A DNA stretch of 62,794 nucleotides, the filler included, from Ionaspis alba (lineage: Eukaryota): the NCBI GenBank assembly GCA_964255285.1. It is 7 parts of 7 records of this genome, joined end to end, with 100 filler letters (N's around TTAATTAATTAA, not from the genome) between each part and the next. Parts side by side here need not be neighbours in the genome. Positions count along the whole stretch, not along the records: positions 36,031 to 44,901 come from CAXUUL010000697.1; positions 45,002 to 53,849 come from CAXUUL010000698.1; 5 more parts are not named here. The stretch is one strand, 5' to 3'. The translations under genes and the position numbers were made by a program. Below the pieces are notes generated by a model. It did not search any database. It saw only the letters and a list, made by a program, of their open reading frames with translations, and had not been told where the DNA came from. Below are positions 36,031 through 48,626 of this stretch, piece by piece. The stretch's first letter is position 1, and each line of letters opens with the position of its first letter.

Positions 36031-37146
36031 CTCCTCGGATCACCCAATCTCGGAATCCCCCTCGGGATCCCCATCATCTGCTCCACAAGCGACAGCACAT
36101 CATCGAGATCTTGAGGCAACCCGCCAATCAACAACAACCTGCCCATGGCACAAACCAACTCCTCGTCAACCACCAACTCGCCCTCCCCCCACCTACTCAC
36201 CACATCCGCCCACATCCTCCTGCCCTGCATGACAGCCTTGTGCCTGCGCTCCAACTTGCGCTGCTCAGTCTGATACTTAACATTACCCGTATCATGCCAA
36301 GCGACAGTGCGGACGGCATTGAGGATGGTGGTGTAGGTCCAGGCGTTGGGGGCGTTGCGGCCTTTGAGGGGGAGTTTTGCGGCGATGCCGAAGAGGGCGT
36401 CGAGGTCGGAGGAGCGGGCGCAGACTTTGAGGACGGCGTTTGTGTGGATGATGGTGGGTTCACAGGGGGAGTTATCGGCGAACATGGAGTGGTAGATTGA
36501 GAGGGCACGGGAGAGGGCTAGTGGGTAGTCGGTGTGGGCGGCTAGGCCGCGGAGGAGGAGGGTGTAGGTGTAGGAGTCGGGGGGTTGGGCGCGTTTTTTC
36601 ATCTGTGTTGGATAGCGTCAATGCTGCTGGCTTTGAGGTAGATGGAGGATTGATGGAAAAGAGACAGACCTCGTTGTAGGTCTTGAGTGCAGATGCCACT
36701 TTGCCTTTCGTCATATCATAATTGATGATATGGTTCCAGCTAACCACACACGTCGTCGTCCGGCTCGCCAATCGCACAATATCCAAAGCCTTTTGAAGCT
36801 CATCCTGCTTCAGGAGACCCACAGTATGATCCGCAAGCTTCAACGGATCCCCAAGATATCGAAGTTCCTGCTGCAACTGAAGTTTCGTAAGGCCTTCGGT
36901 CTCTCGACTTAGGGTAGTGGGTCTCCCGCTCCCCTGAGGACTGTCCTGCAATTTTGACCCAGGTCGAGCGAGTTCGGTGGATTCAGCGAAAGCGTGGACA
37001 CGAGCCATCCTGCCCGAGGCTTGTCGGCGTTGGAGAGCATGTCTGTCTGCAAGTCTTCGAACTCGCAGTGGTGAAGCAGGCGTGGCAATGACATCGGAGA
37101 AGAGGGATCGAATGCATGTATGAATACAAGCATAGCAAGTAAGCAT
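36031..37146 (-). CDS. Mitochondrial pentatricopeptide repeat (PPR) protein (3' truncated)
   Basis: PPR motifs VVSWNHIINY..ALKTYNE/MKKRAQPPDSYTYTLLLRGLA, PTIIHTNAVLKVC and PNAWTYTTILNA. Intron 36669-36603. Arg-rich presequence-like N-terminus. Confidence 0.85.
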
Positions 37147-38730
37147 TGAGGCGCCTTCTATCCAGGATACCGACGTCTTCTCAATAAAATCTGCCCTCTA
37201 AAAAGCTCCTTACCGAATCAATCGAAGATCCTTCGAATCGCAAAATTTTCGCGATTCAACGACAGCTCCAGCTGAGTCAGCAGCCCTCTCCGCTTCGCTC
37301 CAAATTTAGTCACCCACAAATCCAAGCTCCTTTCGGACCTCGGTCTTTCGTCTCTTGCAACCTCAAACGCAACTCCCACGCTATACTAACTCCCTCGCCA
37401 CCCCCTTAGCCAGTGCAACAAAAGGCCAACCCTTACAAGCGCGATCTCACGAAACGGCTGCTCTAACGCTGTGTAACTCGAACAAACTTCCACGCCGTCA
37501 ATTCCTTAAGCAAAAAGACCCGACGTGCTGGCACCCTAAAAGACAGTCCCAGCCCTTAAGCTAGGCAGCGGGTTTTGCACACCCTGTTTTGTGCTCCCCC
37601 CACGCCAGACGTTTCAGAGGCTTGGGAAGCAAGTCTCCGTTGTGGCGGCGTCTAAGACCAGTGGATGTAGGGTTGGGAACGTGGGAGATGGGGGTGCAGT
37701 AGTGTTGTGTAACGTTGGATCTGGGGATTTTAGTAAGGAGTTTAGTTCAGATATATATTTCGTCTGGCAAAGGACAGAATATTTGGGGCCAGCACTACGT
37801 TCTAGCTTTCGCTCCTACCAAGGACGGTCTTGCAGGAGTAGCTTCGATACTAACGTAGGTGCTTGTAGGACAGTTTAGCTAGTCGTTTATATAGAGCGAG
37901 ATCTACCTCTACTGCTGCAGTGAGCTGTCACTTCCTACTCACATTTCCACGTGATCTGAGACGAGAGCATTTTCAATTGGACTATTGCAATTTCAGACGC
38001 TTAATTAGCTAGCAAGCTGGAGCATTACCACTTGCCATCGTCTGCAACCAGGAAGTTTTCTCGAGTAAGTTCAGCAAAGCGCTCTCCGTAGTCTCAAAGG
38101 ACAAAAACCGGACCATTCTTCCCTCCCCAGTAGCCACGCTCAACTCAGCGAATGCGTCCAATATTTGCTCAACACACGACAAAAAGGCAGAGAGAGGGGG
38201 GGAAAAACACAATCGACAAAGTGATCAATCTGATGCTCGGACCGCCAACCCTTTATGCTCGCAGTGTCAAGAACTGTAGAGACGACAAGATGACGGATTT
38301 CCTCTCTCCCCTGAAAAACTTTGCTAGCTCTCCTCCACCTTACAAGGCACAGGAAAGCCAAAAAGGTTTCAGATCATCGTGACATTAACAGAACAAACGA
38401 GCTCAAGACACAATTCACCACCCATAATGTCACAAGCGTGAGAGCGTGCTCATGGGTATCCCACACCCAGCAGTGGACTGGTGAAGGGGGAAAAAACAGA
38501 AGAACAAGTACTGACAGCCACCACCGGAAGACGGATGCAACAACAACGACAACGACAACAACAACGCCAATGATCAATGAGCTTAGCCAAGCACGAGCTT
38601 GAGAATTACCTTTTCCATCTCTCCCACCTGTGATGCCATAAAGATTCATTTCTCGAACCACCATGTGCAGGATCGCCTGATGACAAAAAAGGAACCAAGT
38701 GCTTCAGCACTAGCTGAAAGAAAAAAAAAC

Positions 38731-40345
38731 TCATGGAGCGTAATTGTTGGGGGTGTCAGGGTCTGCATGATAATGAGCACTGTCGTGGACGAGCGCGAGG
38801 GCGGAGAGTGAAGTACTAAGAGAAGTCGAAGACATACGTTGCTGATAGACTTGCTGACCCTGCTGGTACGGCGAGTGTGGGTAGTTGGAGTAGATCTGAC
38901 TTCCGTTGCCAGACTGGTACATCTGGTCGGCTCCACCGGGGTACTGTCCCGAGACTTGACCGCTAGCAGGAGTGTAGCCCAGAGGAGGGAGCTGGGGACG
39001 AACACCGGGAGGGTAGTTGGCGCTGGTCGGGGTCTGGGATGGATCAGAGGTGGAGCCGTCAGTAGGTGCAGCACCTCCGAGTGAGGCACGTTGGCGTTCT
39101 TCTTCAGCTTTGCGCTGGTTTTCTTCCTCCTTCTTGCGGGCCTTCCACTCCTTGCGAATCTCCTTGAACTCTGTGGAGGGTTTCGCACGTTAGCTTATGC
39201 ATCAAAGAAATTTCAACAATGAATGATAGAGTTGACGTTTGCACTATGTCTTAGTGCCCGCAAGTAGGTCAAGAAGCTATGCTAATCTCACGTGGTTGTA
39301 GCGTAGACGCCGGTCGCAAACCACCGAAAGGATGTAAGGCGTAGTGGCAAACCCAAGCAAGTGCTTCATGTTGTGTAACACGACTAGTACGATCAAGAAG
39401 TTCCCAACTAACCAGATTGGTGACTTTGCGACAGATAGACGAAAATAAAAAAATGTCCACTAACCTTCTGGAGTACGCTTCTGTCCGTGCGATTGCATGG
39501 TAACGTGTGCATTCAAGTGATTGAGAGTACCATAAGCTTTCTCACATCCTTGGAACCCACACTTGTACATGCGCTCGATTTCTTCATAGCGACGACGAGG
39601 ACGTTTGTGCTGCTGAGCACCAGGAATGGGGACGAAAGAGTAGACCTGTGAAAGCGGGTGAGGATTCTGTGTTGGGAATGAGAAAGAAGGCGCACTGGGG
39701 TGAAGTGAGCTACACTGACCTGTCCGGGGCGAGGTGGTCCTGCGGTCGCAGCTGAGCCGCCAGCAGATACAGCAGTTCCAGGTGAGCTGTAAGGCCCTCC
39801 AGGCATCCCATGTGGGTGACCATAGCCATGAGGCCACTGAGCGTAGCCCTGAGGAGCGTGACCTGGGTACTGAGACATGTCGTGATTCTGAGGCGGGTAG
39901 GGGGAGTAAGGGCCGGGATAACCAGTAGGACTCGTGGAGGCGATCGAGGGATCTATAGGTACATCGGGGTTAGACTTGATGTTTGGAGTGTTATGATTGT
40001 GATGGTGGCCATCTGGCAAAGACATGGACGGACTTGTAGCTTGCGCCATACTTGCTGCTGCGTGGCTGTTCTGAGCGTAGTGTTGCTGTTGATGCTGTTG
40101 ACGCGCCAGATAGTCCTGAGGAAAGTTGGATGAACGTGCCGAAGCTGGAGTGGCAGTGTATTCGGAAGTTGGCGTGGCAGTTGGGGCGTAGGTTGGAGCG
40201 CGAACCTCCTGGTGTGGAGTGTACTGCGCAGCAGATGCTGGATCTGCGGTGAAAGGCTTTAGGTTCGAGATTCGAAGACCAATGTTGCTTATAGACGAGT
40301 GTGCAAACCTGACTGCGAGTATTGGTCGGGTGCAACACGGTCCAT
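38731..40345 (-). CDS. CON7: C2H2 transcription factor Con7 (morphogenesis regulator)
   Basis: QVYSFVPIPGAQQHKRPRRRYEEIERMYKCGFQGCEKAYGTLNHLNAHVTMQSHGQKRTPEEFKEIRKEWK. Introns at about 40308-40244, 39719-39646 and 39464-39171. The 3' end is uncertain (possible extra intron at 38838). Confidence 0.88.
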
Positions 40346-41651
40346 GGACTGGTCTTTGGGGAAACGTTTGTAGGCTGGGGAATCGCGTCAAGTCAGCAAG
40401 CTAGTCGAGTTGCTTCATCGGGGTAAACAACAACACTCACAGTGAGCGCGCTCTCGCAACAGAGCAGTGGTTCAACGTTGTGCAAAGTGAGTGCTTGGAT
40501 TGATGGACTTGACGACAACGAAGTGACAAGTTGGAGACCACTATCCTAGAGCCACGCGATAGATGACCCAAGCTTGGCCGTTATCGTGGCGCGGGCAAGG
40601 TGATAGCTTCGGAGCGTTTGAATGCAGATGCGTCGCTTGGATGCAGTAGGCTAGTAGTGCGAACAGATGAGACTATCACACTACTACGACGACGACACTT
40701 GTAGCCTCGGGAAGCTTAGTGAAGGACGAGGGACAAGGTGAGGTTAAAGGCTCAAGCGTGATGAGTAGTGGGCGGTGGGCCTCCGATGGGTGGACGAGGG
40801 GGTTGTGGTGGAGAGTTCGAAGGTGGGTCTCTGGTGGGAAAAAAGCTTTGGCCGGTGCTGACCGCTTTTGGTCGGGATAGTGTTCTTGATCCAATGGACC
40901 GGCAAGCCTCAAAATGATGGGGGGAACTGAACGATACGGTAGTTTTGCCTTGTGATGGGGGAAGTGTCCTATTGCCTCGACTCTTTTTCTTTACTGTACG
41001 TGAATGGACCAGAGGCCGAGCGAAGCGCGGAAACGATGCTTTTTTCCTGTCCAGACACTGCCAGGGGACCAGCCACACACGCTTCCGCTCAAAGAACGTT
41101 GCAGGTTCCTTGCGCAAGGATCGGTATGAGACTAAGGACTAAGTCCCGGGTGCTTCTTCACAGATGGAAGGGATGATGGATGATAGTGACTGGGGACGAT
41201 CTCTCTGGGATACAGTTTGCACTCTTCCCGAAAGGTGTGTCTTTCTGCTTTGGTGTTTGAAGGTGTCAAAGATCTTTGAAACTTCGACCGAAGACAGAGA
41301 TCAACACGGAATAATAATGACACAAGAACCGACCGATCGCAACTGTCGGCTATGGGTGAATGCCTGTGAATCAATGTCTGTTGTCAGAGATCTGGACAGC
41401 ACGCGATATCACAAATATGCTGGTAGGTTGTATTCACCTAAGCTGGATCTACGTTCACCAGGAGTACTGACTTGACTCGGATTCTGTTCCGGTAGTGTTG
41501 GTACTTGACGCGCACGGGAGTTGTTGTTGTTTTCCCCTTTTTTGTCTTCCTGGTTTTCACAAGCTCGCTGCTTGTTGGGTCCCGTTTCTTCCCTCGCGTG
41601 CTTTCCTTCTCTATCCCTCTTTCCACTCTCTCCTCGCTCTTCTCTTGCGCG

Positions 41652-41672
41652 CACACACACACACTCTCTCTC
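41652..41672. repeat. Compound (CA)n(CT)n microsatellite in a pyrimidine-rich tract
   Basis: cacacacacacactctctctc upstream of CON7. Confidence 0.75.
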
Positions 41673-44600
41673 TTGCTCTCGATCCCAATAGCCTCGCTCC
41701 TAGCTCGGAGGGCTGTGAGGGTACAACGTGGTTGCTGAGTGGCTAGCGTGAGGATGGGAGGACCGGCGTTGAAACGGACTGAGAAATAGTCTGTGACGCC
41801 AGTGGTGGGCAAGAAAAGCTCACTAATGGCACGGTCGCGCCTCGCTTTCTAGCCCTGCCTTAGCTTGCAATCCAACCTCGATCCCTGGGAACAGACAGTA
41901 TCGGAGAAAAACTATGCTAGAGTGCCAACGTATCGGTGCAATTAGATGCGCTCTCCTCTGCGCATCGTCTGGCCTCGACAGGAATTTCTTCTACGACGAC
42001 GTGCAGGATTTCGGGAGATTGTGCACCAGACAGACTTTTGAGTGACGAGGGAGAAGTGTTTGCTTTAGCTTACGAGAGAGAAAATGGAAGAAAAGTTTGC
42101 AGCATGGGACGACAGGGGGGATCCCAGACGCGAGATTGTCGACAGGGAAGAGACTCCCCTACCCCCGGGCATTGGTCAGTCTATGACGGAGGCGGTAAGG
42201 GCCCCAAGTGCGCGATTTGCCAAGAGGGTGGGGAGTTCCGCCGACAAATTGACCGGGGGAAAGAAAGCAAATGAATTTAGGTGCTCGTTGTTCCAGACAG
42301 TCACCTATTTTACAGGTGGCTGGGGGGGAAAGGCAAAGCTTGGTTAGAGGACGACTCTCTGTGCGTGCTGTACATCCGGTACACGAGCAGCACGGTGACT
42401 CTCCTTTCCCGTCTTGCTTTTGGGGACAAGAGGTCAAAGCCATCGGGGAATTATTTCTTGGTTCTAGAGCACTACAACAACGTGGCATTTGAGAGGGGAT
42501 GGTGGGGAAGGGAGAGAGCGGAAGGGTGGGTGTGGATGGAGTGCTGTTGTCAATGTGTCAATAATTACAATGTGAAAGGGAGAGATAATCACAAGCATAT
42601 CGCGGTACGTGATATGTGTGTTGTCCTCGGGGAAGAGCTTCCAGCTGCAGTTGCAGCAGAATAAATGCAGCTCCGATCACAAATAAATGCACGGCAAATC
42701 CATACAGCAGATGTTATCATTATCGTGGAAGATCGATTTGAAGAGGCTTTCGGCAATTATCACGAGAGGGTTTCTGAATAGCTATGGCGTGCGAGACAAT
42801 CAATAACAACAATCAAACTTCGTGACGGATATCTCCATTCCTCTGATGCCCTACCAATAGATTTCTAGCCACCTTCCGCATCGGTCACAGATCCATACCT
42901 CGCCGGGTAGTTTTGCCTCTCTGGCGGAACTGTGGAAGGAAGCACATGTTGGACATGGTCGAGGCAGTGTTCTGGCTGGCTGGGTAAACGGATAGAGGAG
43001 ATGGAGAAGGGAAGCACTGGGAAAGGGGGGGAAAAGGCGGTGGAGCCAAAGACACCCACCAACCCGCAAATCACCGTTGGGAAAGATGCGCGAGCGGACT
43101 GTGCTGTCAGATCAGGCAAAGCGGGGTCGATCAGTTGTGCAGTGGATTATGTACCACTTTCACGTTCAAATCGTTATGATCCTACCAGGCATCAGTCCTG
43201 CTCTCCACCTCTCCGACTCTGTACGGCCGGTCTGGCGTGTCTGGCTCGACAACTTGCCGGCATATCTGCTTGCCGCGACCACAATCTTCTTTTCCAACCC
43301 TTCAACCCCATCCTTTCCTCTTCCCCTCCTTCTCCACCAATCACATCTCCGACGTTGTCGCGCAAACTGCAAAAGGCGTTCGTGAAGATGAAAAGTGTGA
43401 TGCAGTCTTGCATGAACAACAACCACATCCGGTGATCTTTCCTGCGCCTCCCCTTCCAATTCGCTGTTGCAAAATCCGGTGGACCCTCCTTTTCCTTGGA
43501 CGAGAGAAACAAACCCGAATGGCCCCCATGGTACCTCATCCTACCCGTCATTTCGGGAGGCAAGTCATGTACCCTACTACGACGACGACGACGTAACACT
43601 ACTCGATACCGCCCCTTGGGGTTGTCAGAGCACCGCCAAAATTGCTCTGCGCATGTCACCCGGCGGCTCAGGGTCCTTTTGCTGCTGCCACACCTGCATG
43701 TATGCATTCAGACGAGGTCAGCTGGGCAGATCCAACATGCAACTTCCGCCTTCTGCTGTGTTTCTGTAGGACAGATCCCAGGCAAAATGACTGGGGGGGC
43801 CTCGGTAGAAATTCTCTGCTTCTCCATGCGAGTTTTTGCCTGTGAAGGGCGGGGCTTGGGGGGTGGCGGGGCGACTGTCCTACTCAGCAACGGCAGCCTG
43901 ACCACAGTATCCCCAAGACCTTCAAAGGTCATGTCCCACGAGCAGAATGTCGGCTTGCAAGGAAGAAGAACGTCTTTGTACGACATGGAGTTGAAATAAA
44001 CAGCGACTACTCTAGCGTGTCCAGTCATGCGGGATTCAGCTAAGAACTAGCTGGTGTTCTGCCATGAGCTATCCATTTCCGGCCATCTATCGTGGGATAT
44101 TTGTCTGATGTTGAGTCTCGCAACAATCAGTCCATCACGAACGAGGTTTCGAGTCATGCTCATTTCCCTTTGCCTCTGTGATCGCATTGCATCATACTCC
44201 CTCAAGATAGGCACCCACACCTTCGCATCGGACAAATCAGCGCATCACCTTTTCTTCCAGCGCGATAAGACAGCCAGTCGGACCTTCGAATCAGCCATGA
44301 CACGTTGAGAAAAGATGCCGAACCTCTCATGGAAGTGGGAGAAAAAGAACGGCGATCACAACCTCCCGATGCTCCAATGACCATCGAAAAGCTGCCAATG
44401 CCGCGCTTATAACCATGTAAGTAGCCTCGTTTTTCTTTCCTTCTTTATCAGTCATGATCGCAGCTTGCATCGCATCCTACAGCAAGCACCTTCCAAAGGC
44501 ATGCGATCTTCATGCAGAAGCGACAAACATGGCAACTTCCTTCCATCATGTCGCTACTTGCTCCTTGCATAGAGCGAATCAACAAAAAGTCAATTGGAGA

Positions 44601-44901
44601 ACATCCACGGAGGGGTGCCAGATCGCGTGGACCATGATTGTCGCTCAATGCAATTTGCGGCGGGAGATCCTCCGTACGCAAGCCCCCCGTCATGCAGAGC
44701 TCTTGACTTGGCAACATGCAGGTGACTCTTAATTTCGCTGCCTCGCCGCACTTGCCTCCATAATCTTTCCCACCTCTTGTTGTTGCTGCCCACATGCGCG
44801 ACGGGTGTGGGACCGACGACATCATGACGCGACAATAATGCAGAAGTGCTTAATGCTTTTTTTTGGCTGTAAATGGTTATCAGAGCCAATAGCAACCAGT
44901 G

Positions 44902-45001
44902 NNNNNNNNNNNNNNNNNNNNNNNNNNNNNNNNNNNNNNNNNNNNTTAATTAATTAANNNNNNNNNNNNNNNNNNNNNNNNNNNNNNNNNNNNNNNNNNN
45001 N
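44902..45001. other. Artificial contig linker
   Basis: N44-TTAATTAATTAA-N44. Confidence 0.97.
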
Positions 45002-45188
45002 GGCGGGGAGGAGGGCGGATGAGAATGATTTGGTTAATGGGAGGGAGATTGTGGAGGAGAGGTTGGATGTTGATGAGGTGGTTTATAGTCGGGGTGATGA
45101 GAAGTGGGCGCCTGAGGGGATGAACGGGAGTGCGAATGGGCATTTGAATGGGTCGGCGAATGGACATGTGAAGGGTCAGAAAACTTGA
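45002..45188 (+). CDS. 3' fragment of an unidentified gene
   Basis: Open frame from the contig edge, ..DENDLVNGREIVEERLDVDEVVYSRGDEKWAPEGMNGSANGHLNGSANGHVKGQKT*; NG-repeat tails are common in fungal proteins. Confidence 0.5.
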
Positions 45189-45548
45189 GTGCTGGGGGTT
45201 TCTTTGAGGAGCGTGTCGCATAGAGGTTGTGGAGTTTTGTAAGACAGATCGAGGACGGGCAATTAGATGACACTCTTCACTCACTCTCAAACATAAGTCG
45301 TGGAGTCTATCTTATTACAATTGGGTTTTGTTCGCTTAATCAACGAGACATAAAGCTAAAGAAACATTGCACGCTATATTTATACATGCAACTTTTCATA
45401 CCGCCATTCCCGTGGCATAGCATACAAGCTGCCAAATCGATCCCACGAGTATCAGAGAAGTCTCAAGCTGCGATTATTCTGGCCACGCATACAGAGCCAA
45501 AGCTCAATCCTTTGCGCGGAAAAAAAAAACAAGATCGAACAGAGGACA

Positions 45549-46859
45549 TCACAATCGCTCCCTTTCCGTGCGGTCCACCCTTTCCCCTAGGTTACGGCTC
45601 AGTCCAGCTCCAGCCCACCATTCATCAGGGACGGGCTCATCCCTGTCCATCCGATCCAAGATAGCATGCACTTGTCGATATTCCAGATCTCGATCAGACC
45701 TTCGGCGTGCCCACTCTGCTTGGTCGTTGAGCTCCCGCCTGTTTCGCGCCCAGCGGTCTTGGTGGTGGGGTGGCATTATCCCCGAAGTCGTCACTGCATA
45801 CTCGTCGTCGCTATCGGAGCACTCGGAATCCGTGGTTTCATCGCAGATGTGGATATTGGGATTGAGAGTGTCGGAACGAGATGAGGGTGCGGTGGACAGG
45901 GTCGCGGAGGATGATGCCGAGTTTGACGAAAGAGATGAGGTTGGTGCAGTGGCAGATGTGAAGGAGGAGTGAGCGCTAGGTAGTCGCTCGTCTGGTGTAA
46001 TGGTTGTCAAAAGTGTTTCCCAGGTGCTCTCCTCTGGACTGAAGCTTCTCCTTCGATCACCGAGCCCATCAGCGGCGTCGACTGACGGACGAGGACTATA
46101 CTCGGTTGCAGACGCATACATGTCGCGGTGTCGATTACGACGAAGTGGCGGACCCCTACTGGGATAAGGTCCAGGAGGGCCTGGCATATGTGGACGTCTT
46201 GATCTCCTCTGCTGCTCGGTGTGGTATAGCTCGTTCGGATCTTCGAATCTAAAAGCAGGTGCGAATCGTGGTGTTAGTGTAGCGCTTCCGGTTGGAGGTA
46301 CAGAAGTTTGAGTTTCAACGACATCGTCAACGGCGTATGGTGGTGTAGGCATGTAGTCTGGAGGAGGCGATCTCATTCCAGTTGGTCGGGACCTGAGATA
46401 CATGTCTTCATCTGAATCTGGAGTTTCTATTGCATCTGCTCGGACGGGGACTGGTGGCTGCATCTCATATCGGAGCGCCGATTGACGTCCATGCCGTCGA
46501 TGAGCTGGACGTTCATAACTGAGCGGATCTCTCAAGATTGCGCGATCACTCTCGATGCGTGTACGATCACTTGCGTGCCTCCTTGCAACGTTCGCCGCAG
46601 CTTCGACCTCACTGTCGCGACTTGAGCTCAGCCTGGCATCGTGGGAAGGTGCTGGTCCTGTCTCATGATCGCGACGGATGATGTTCAGCAAGGCATGACG
46701 GTCGACTCCTGGGCTGATGCCATGAGAGCGATGGCGATTGGAGACATGGTTGTTTCGATGTCTGACGGTTTGTTGGCGACGGATAGCCGAACGCGCAGGT
46801 GCTGTCGGATCTCCCTTGATGGTGGCCTTACTTTGAACCTCCTCTGGTTCGCGGTACAT
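45549..46859 (-). CDS. Uncharacterised R/S/P-rich fungal protein
   Basis: Long intronless ORF; likely start MYREPEE (an upstream in-frame ATG exists at 46988). Ordered-looking islands DGLGDRRRS, TWETLLTTITPD and VPDEWWAGAGL. Confidence 0.75.
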   Translation of the reverse strand: MYREPEEVQSKATIKGDPTAPARSAIRRQQTVRHRNNHVSNRHRSHGISPGVDRHALLNIIRRDHETGPAPSHDARLSSSRDSEVEAAANVARRHASDRTRIESDRAILRDPLSYERPAHRRHGRQSALRYEMQPPVPVRADAIETPDSDEDMYLRSRPTGMRSPPPDYMPTPPYAVDDVVETQTSVPPTGSATLTPRFAPAFRFEDPNELYHTEQQRRSRRPHMPGPPGPYPSRGPPLRRNRHRDMYASATEYSPRPSVDAADGLGDRRRSFSPEESTWETLLTTITPDERLPSAHSSFTSATAPTSSLSSNSASSSATLSTAPSSRSDTLNPNIHICDETTDSECSDSDDEYAVTTSGIMPPHHQDRWARNRRELNDQAEWARRRSDRDLEYRQVHAILDRMDRDEPVPDEWWAGAGLSRNLGERVDRTERERL

Positions 46860-47384
46860 TCTGCGAATCACGCATGGATTAGCACAAGTCTCTTGCCTTG
46901 TAATGGTCGTTGCATAATGAGGCTGCACAACGCGCGATGGATGATCGGCGGCAGTTGGGTCGCAACATAGCTGGACATAATCACTCACAGAAGACCCATC
47001 TTTGCAGATTTTTGTCAGTCAGTGCTGACACCTGATATCGCGAAACCGGCGAGAGTACTCGTGAATCAAGAAATGAAAGTGAGGTGTCGATTGGCGTGAA
47101 TGAGACTTGGTGATTGACTGAGGCTGATGAGAGATATGCGATCGCCTGTTGCGCGGGAGAAGGGCGAGCTGTAAGGAAAGAGGTGGCGCGGAGCATCAGA
47201 CAGGGGCTGTAGGGCTTGGTGCTAGTCCACTCTCGACTTGGCCTGTGTTTCAACCTCGCGTTTCAATTCCTTCTGTCGCGTGCCCCTCGCAGAACAACAT
47301 TCCGTTCTGACGGATACTACAAAACCTTTTGCGATGTCTACCACCCACGACCGTCTTCCAAGATCCTTTTGAGGCCGGAAGGCT

Positions 47385-48626
47385 ATGTTGGAGCTTGGAT
47401 TGGCTAGGATTGGAAGACTCCTGGCAGATTCAGCGTTGCCATGGAGAGCAATACATGTTGCAGGCACAAACGGTAAAGGCTCGGTGTGCGCGTATGCCTC
47501 GTCTATGCTTCACGCCTCTGGAGTGCCTTGTGGACGATTTACCTCGCCACATCTCATTGACAGATGGGATTGTATCACCATCAACGAGCGTACGGTAGAT
47601 GAGAGGTTATTCTATCAAGTGGAGAATCGAGTCAAAGCTAGAGACGCAAAAGCAAGCATCGGGGCCTCGGAGTTTGAATTACTGACAGCAACAGCTTTTG
47701 AAATATTTGCGCAGGAGAAGATAAAGATAGGGGTTGTGGAGGTTGGGCTGGGAGGAAGATTGGACGCTACAAATATCTTGGAGAATCCATTCGTTACGGT
47801 GATTTCAAAAATTGGCCAGGATCATCAAAGCCTTCTAGGAAACACACTGGAGGCGATTGCATATCAGAAAGCTGGGATCATGAAATCTGGAGTGCCATGT
47901 ATTGTGGACTCCACCAATGACCCACGAGTACTAAGAGTCTTGGAGAAATATTCAGAAGAGATAAATACAGGCACGCTGACGCTTGTGCCTCCCGCCTCCC
48001 CACAAAGTCAATTGTGGGATACCCTAGCAAGACAGAGATATGAATCACACCAACAAGTCAACATGAGTCTAGCTTTCGATGCAGTGAGGCTTGCCTTGGA
48101 CCAGATTCAAGTCTCGCCGAATACTGTGCAGCTTGCTGCTGCGATCGAAAATACGAGATGGTCAGGTCGACTCCAGCGAACGAGCATCAAGAGCTTGACA
48201 GGTCGAGACCAGGAGATTCTGATAGACGGGGCTCACAACTCCCAGTCAGCCATGGTACTTGCATCCTATGTGGACAAGAGAATGCGCCGTCGTGCAGACC
48301 CCGTCACCTGGGTTATCGCTATTTCAAAGGGAAAGGACTTAAAGGCAATACTTCCGCTATTGCTACGACCGGGAGATAATGTTGTCACTGTGGAATTTGG
48401 TCCTGTGGACGGCATGCCATGGGTACAGCCAACCAAGGCCGAAGAATTGCTTCATGAAGTCAAATCTTGCTTTGGAAGTCGAATAAGTTTAAGCACCTCG
48501 CATAATGTCAGAGGAGCTCTGCAACGCGCAGCAGATATATCTGAGGGTGGACCTCTTGTGGTTGCTGGGAGTCTGTATCTTGTGTCAGATATATTACGGC
48601 TTTCGAGGAGTGCAGAACCGCCTTGA
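47385..48626 (+). CDS. FOL3: Dihydrofolate synthase / folylpolyglutamate synthase family
   Basis: MLELGLARI, HVAGTNGKGS, FTSPHL, EVGLGGRLDATN, DGAHN and AGSLYL. Confidence 0.9.
   Translation: MLELGLARIGRLLADSALPWRAIHVAGTNGKGSVCAYASSMLHASGVPCGRFTSPHLIDRWDCITINERTVDERLFYQVENRVKARDAKASIGASEFELLTATAFEIFAQEKIKIGVVEVGLGGRLDATNILENPFVTVISKIGQDHQSLLGNTLEAIAYQKAGIMKSGVPCIVDSTNDPRVLRVLEKYSEEINTGTLTLVPPASPQSQLWDTLARQRYESHQQVNMSLAFDAVRLALDQIQVSPNTVQLAAAIENTRWSGRLQRTSIKSLTGRDQEILIDGAHNSQSAMVLASYVDKRMRRRADPVTWVIAISKGKDLKAILPLLLRPGDNVVTVEFGPVDGMPWVQPTKAEELLHEVKSCFGSRISLSTSHNVRGALQRAADISEGGPLVVAGSLYLVSDILRLSRSAEPP

Noticed and set aside
37271..37281. GCTGAGTCAGC (Gcn4/CpcA/AP-1-like site) upstream of the PPR gene
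   Set aside because: A single short motif that cannot be distinguished from chance without conservation data.
40676..44895. Numerous 60-170 aa ORFs
   Set aside because: Overlapping on both strands, compositionally random and without domain signatures.
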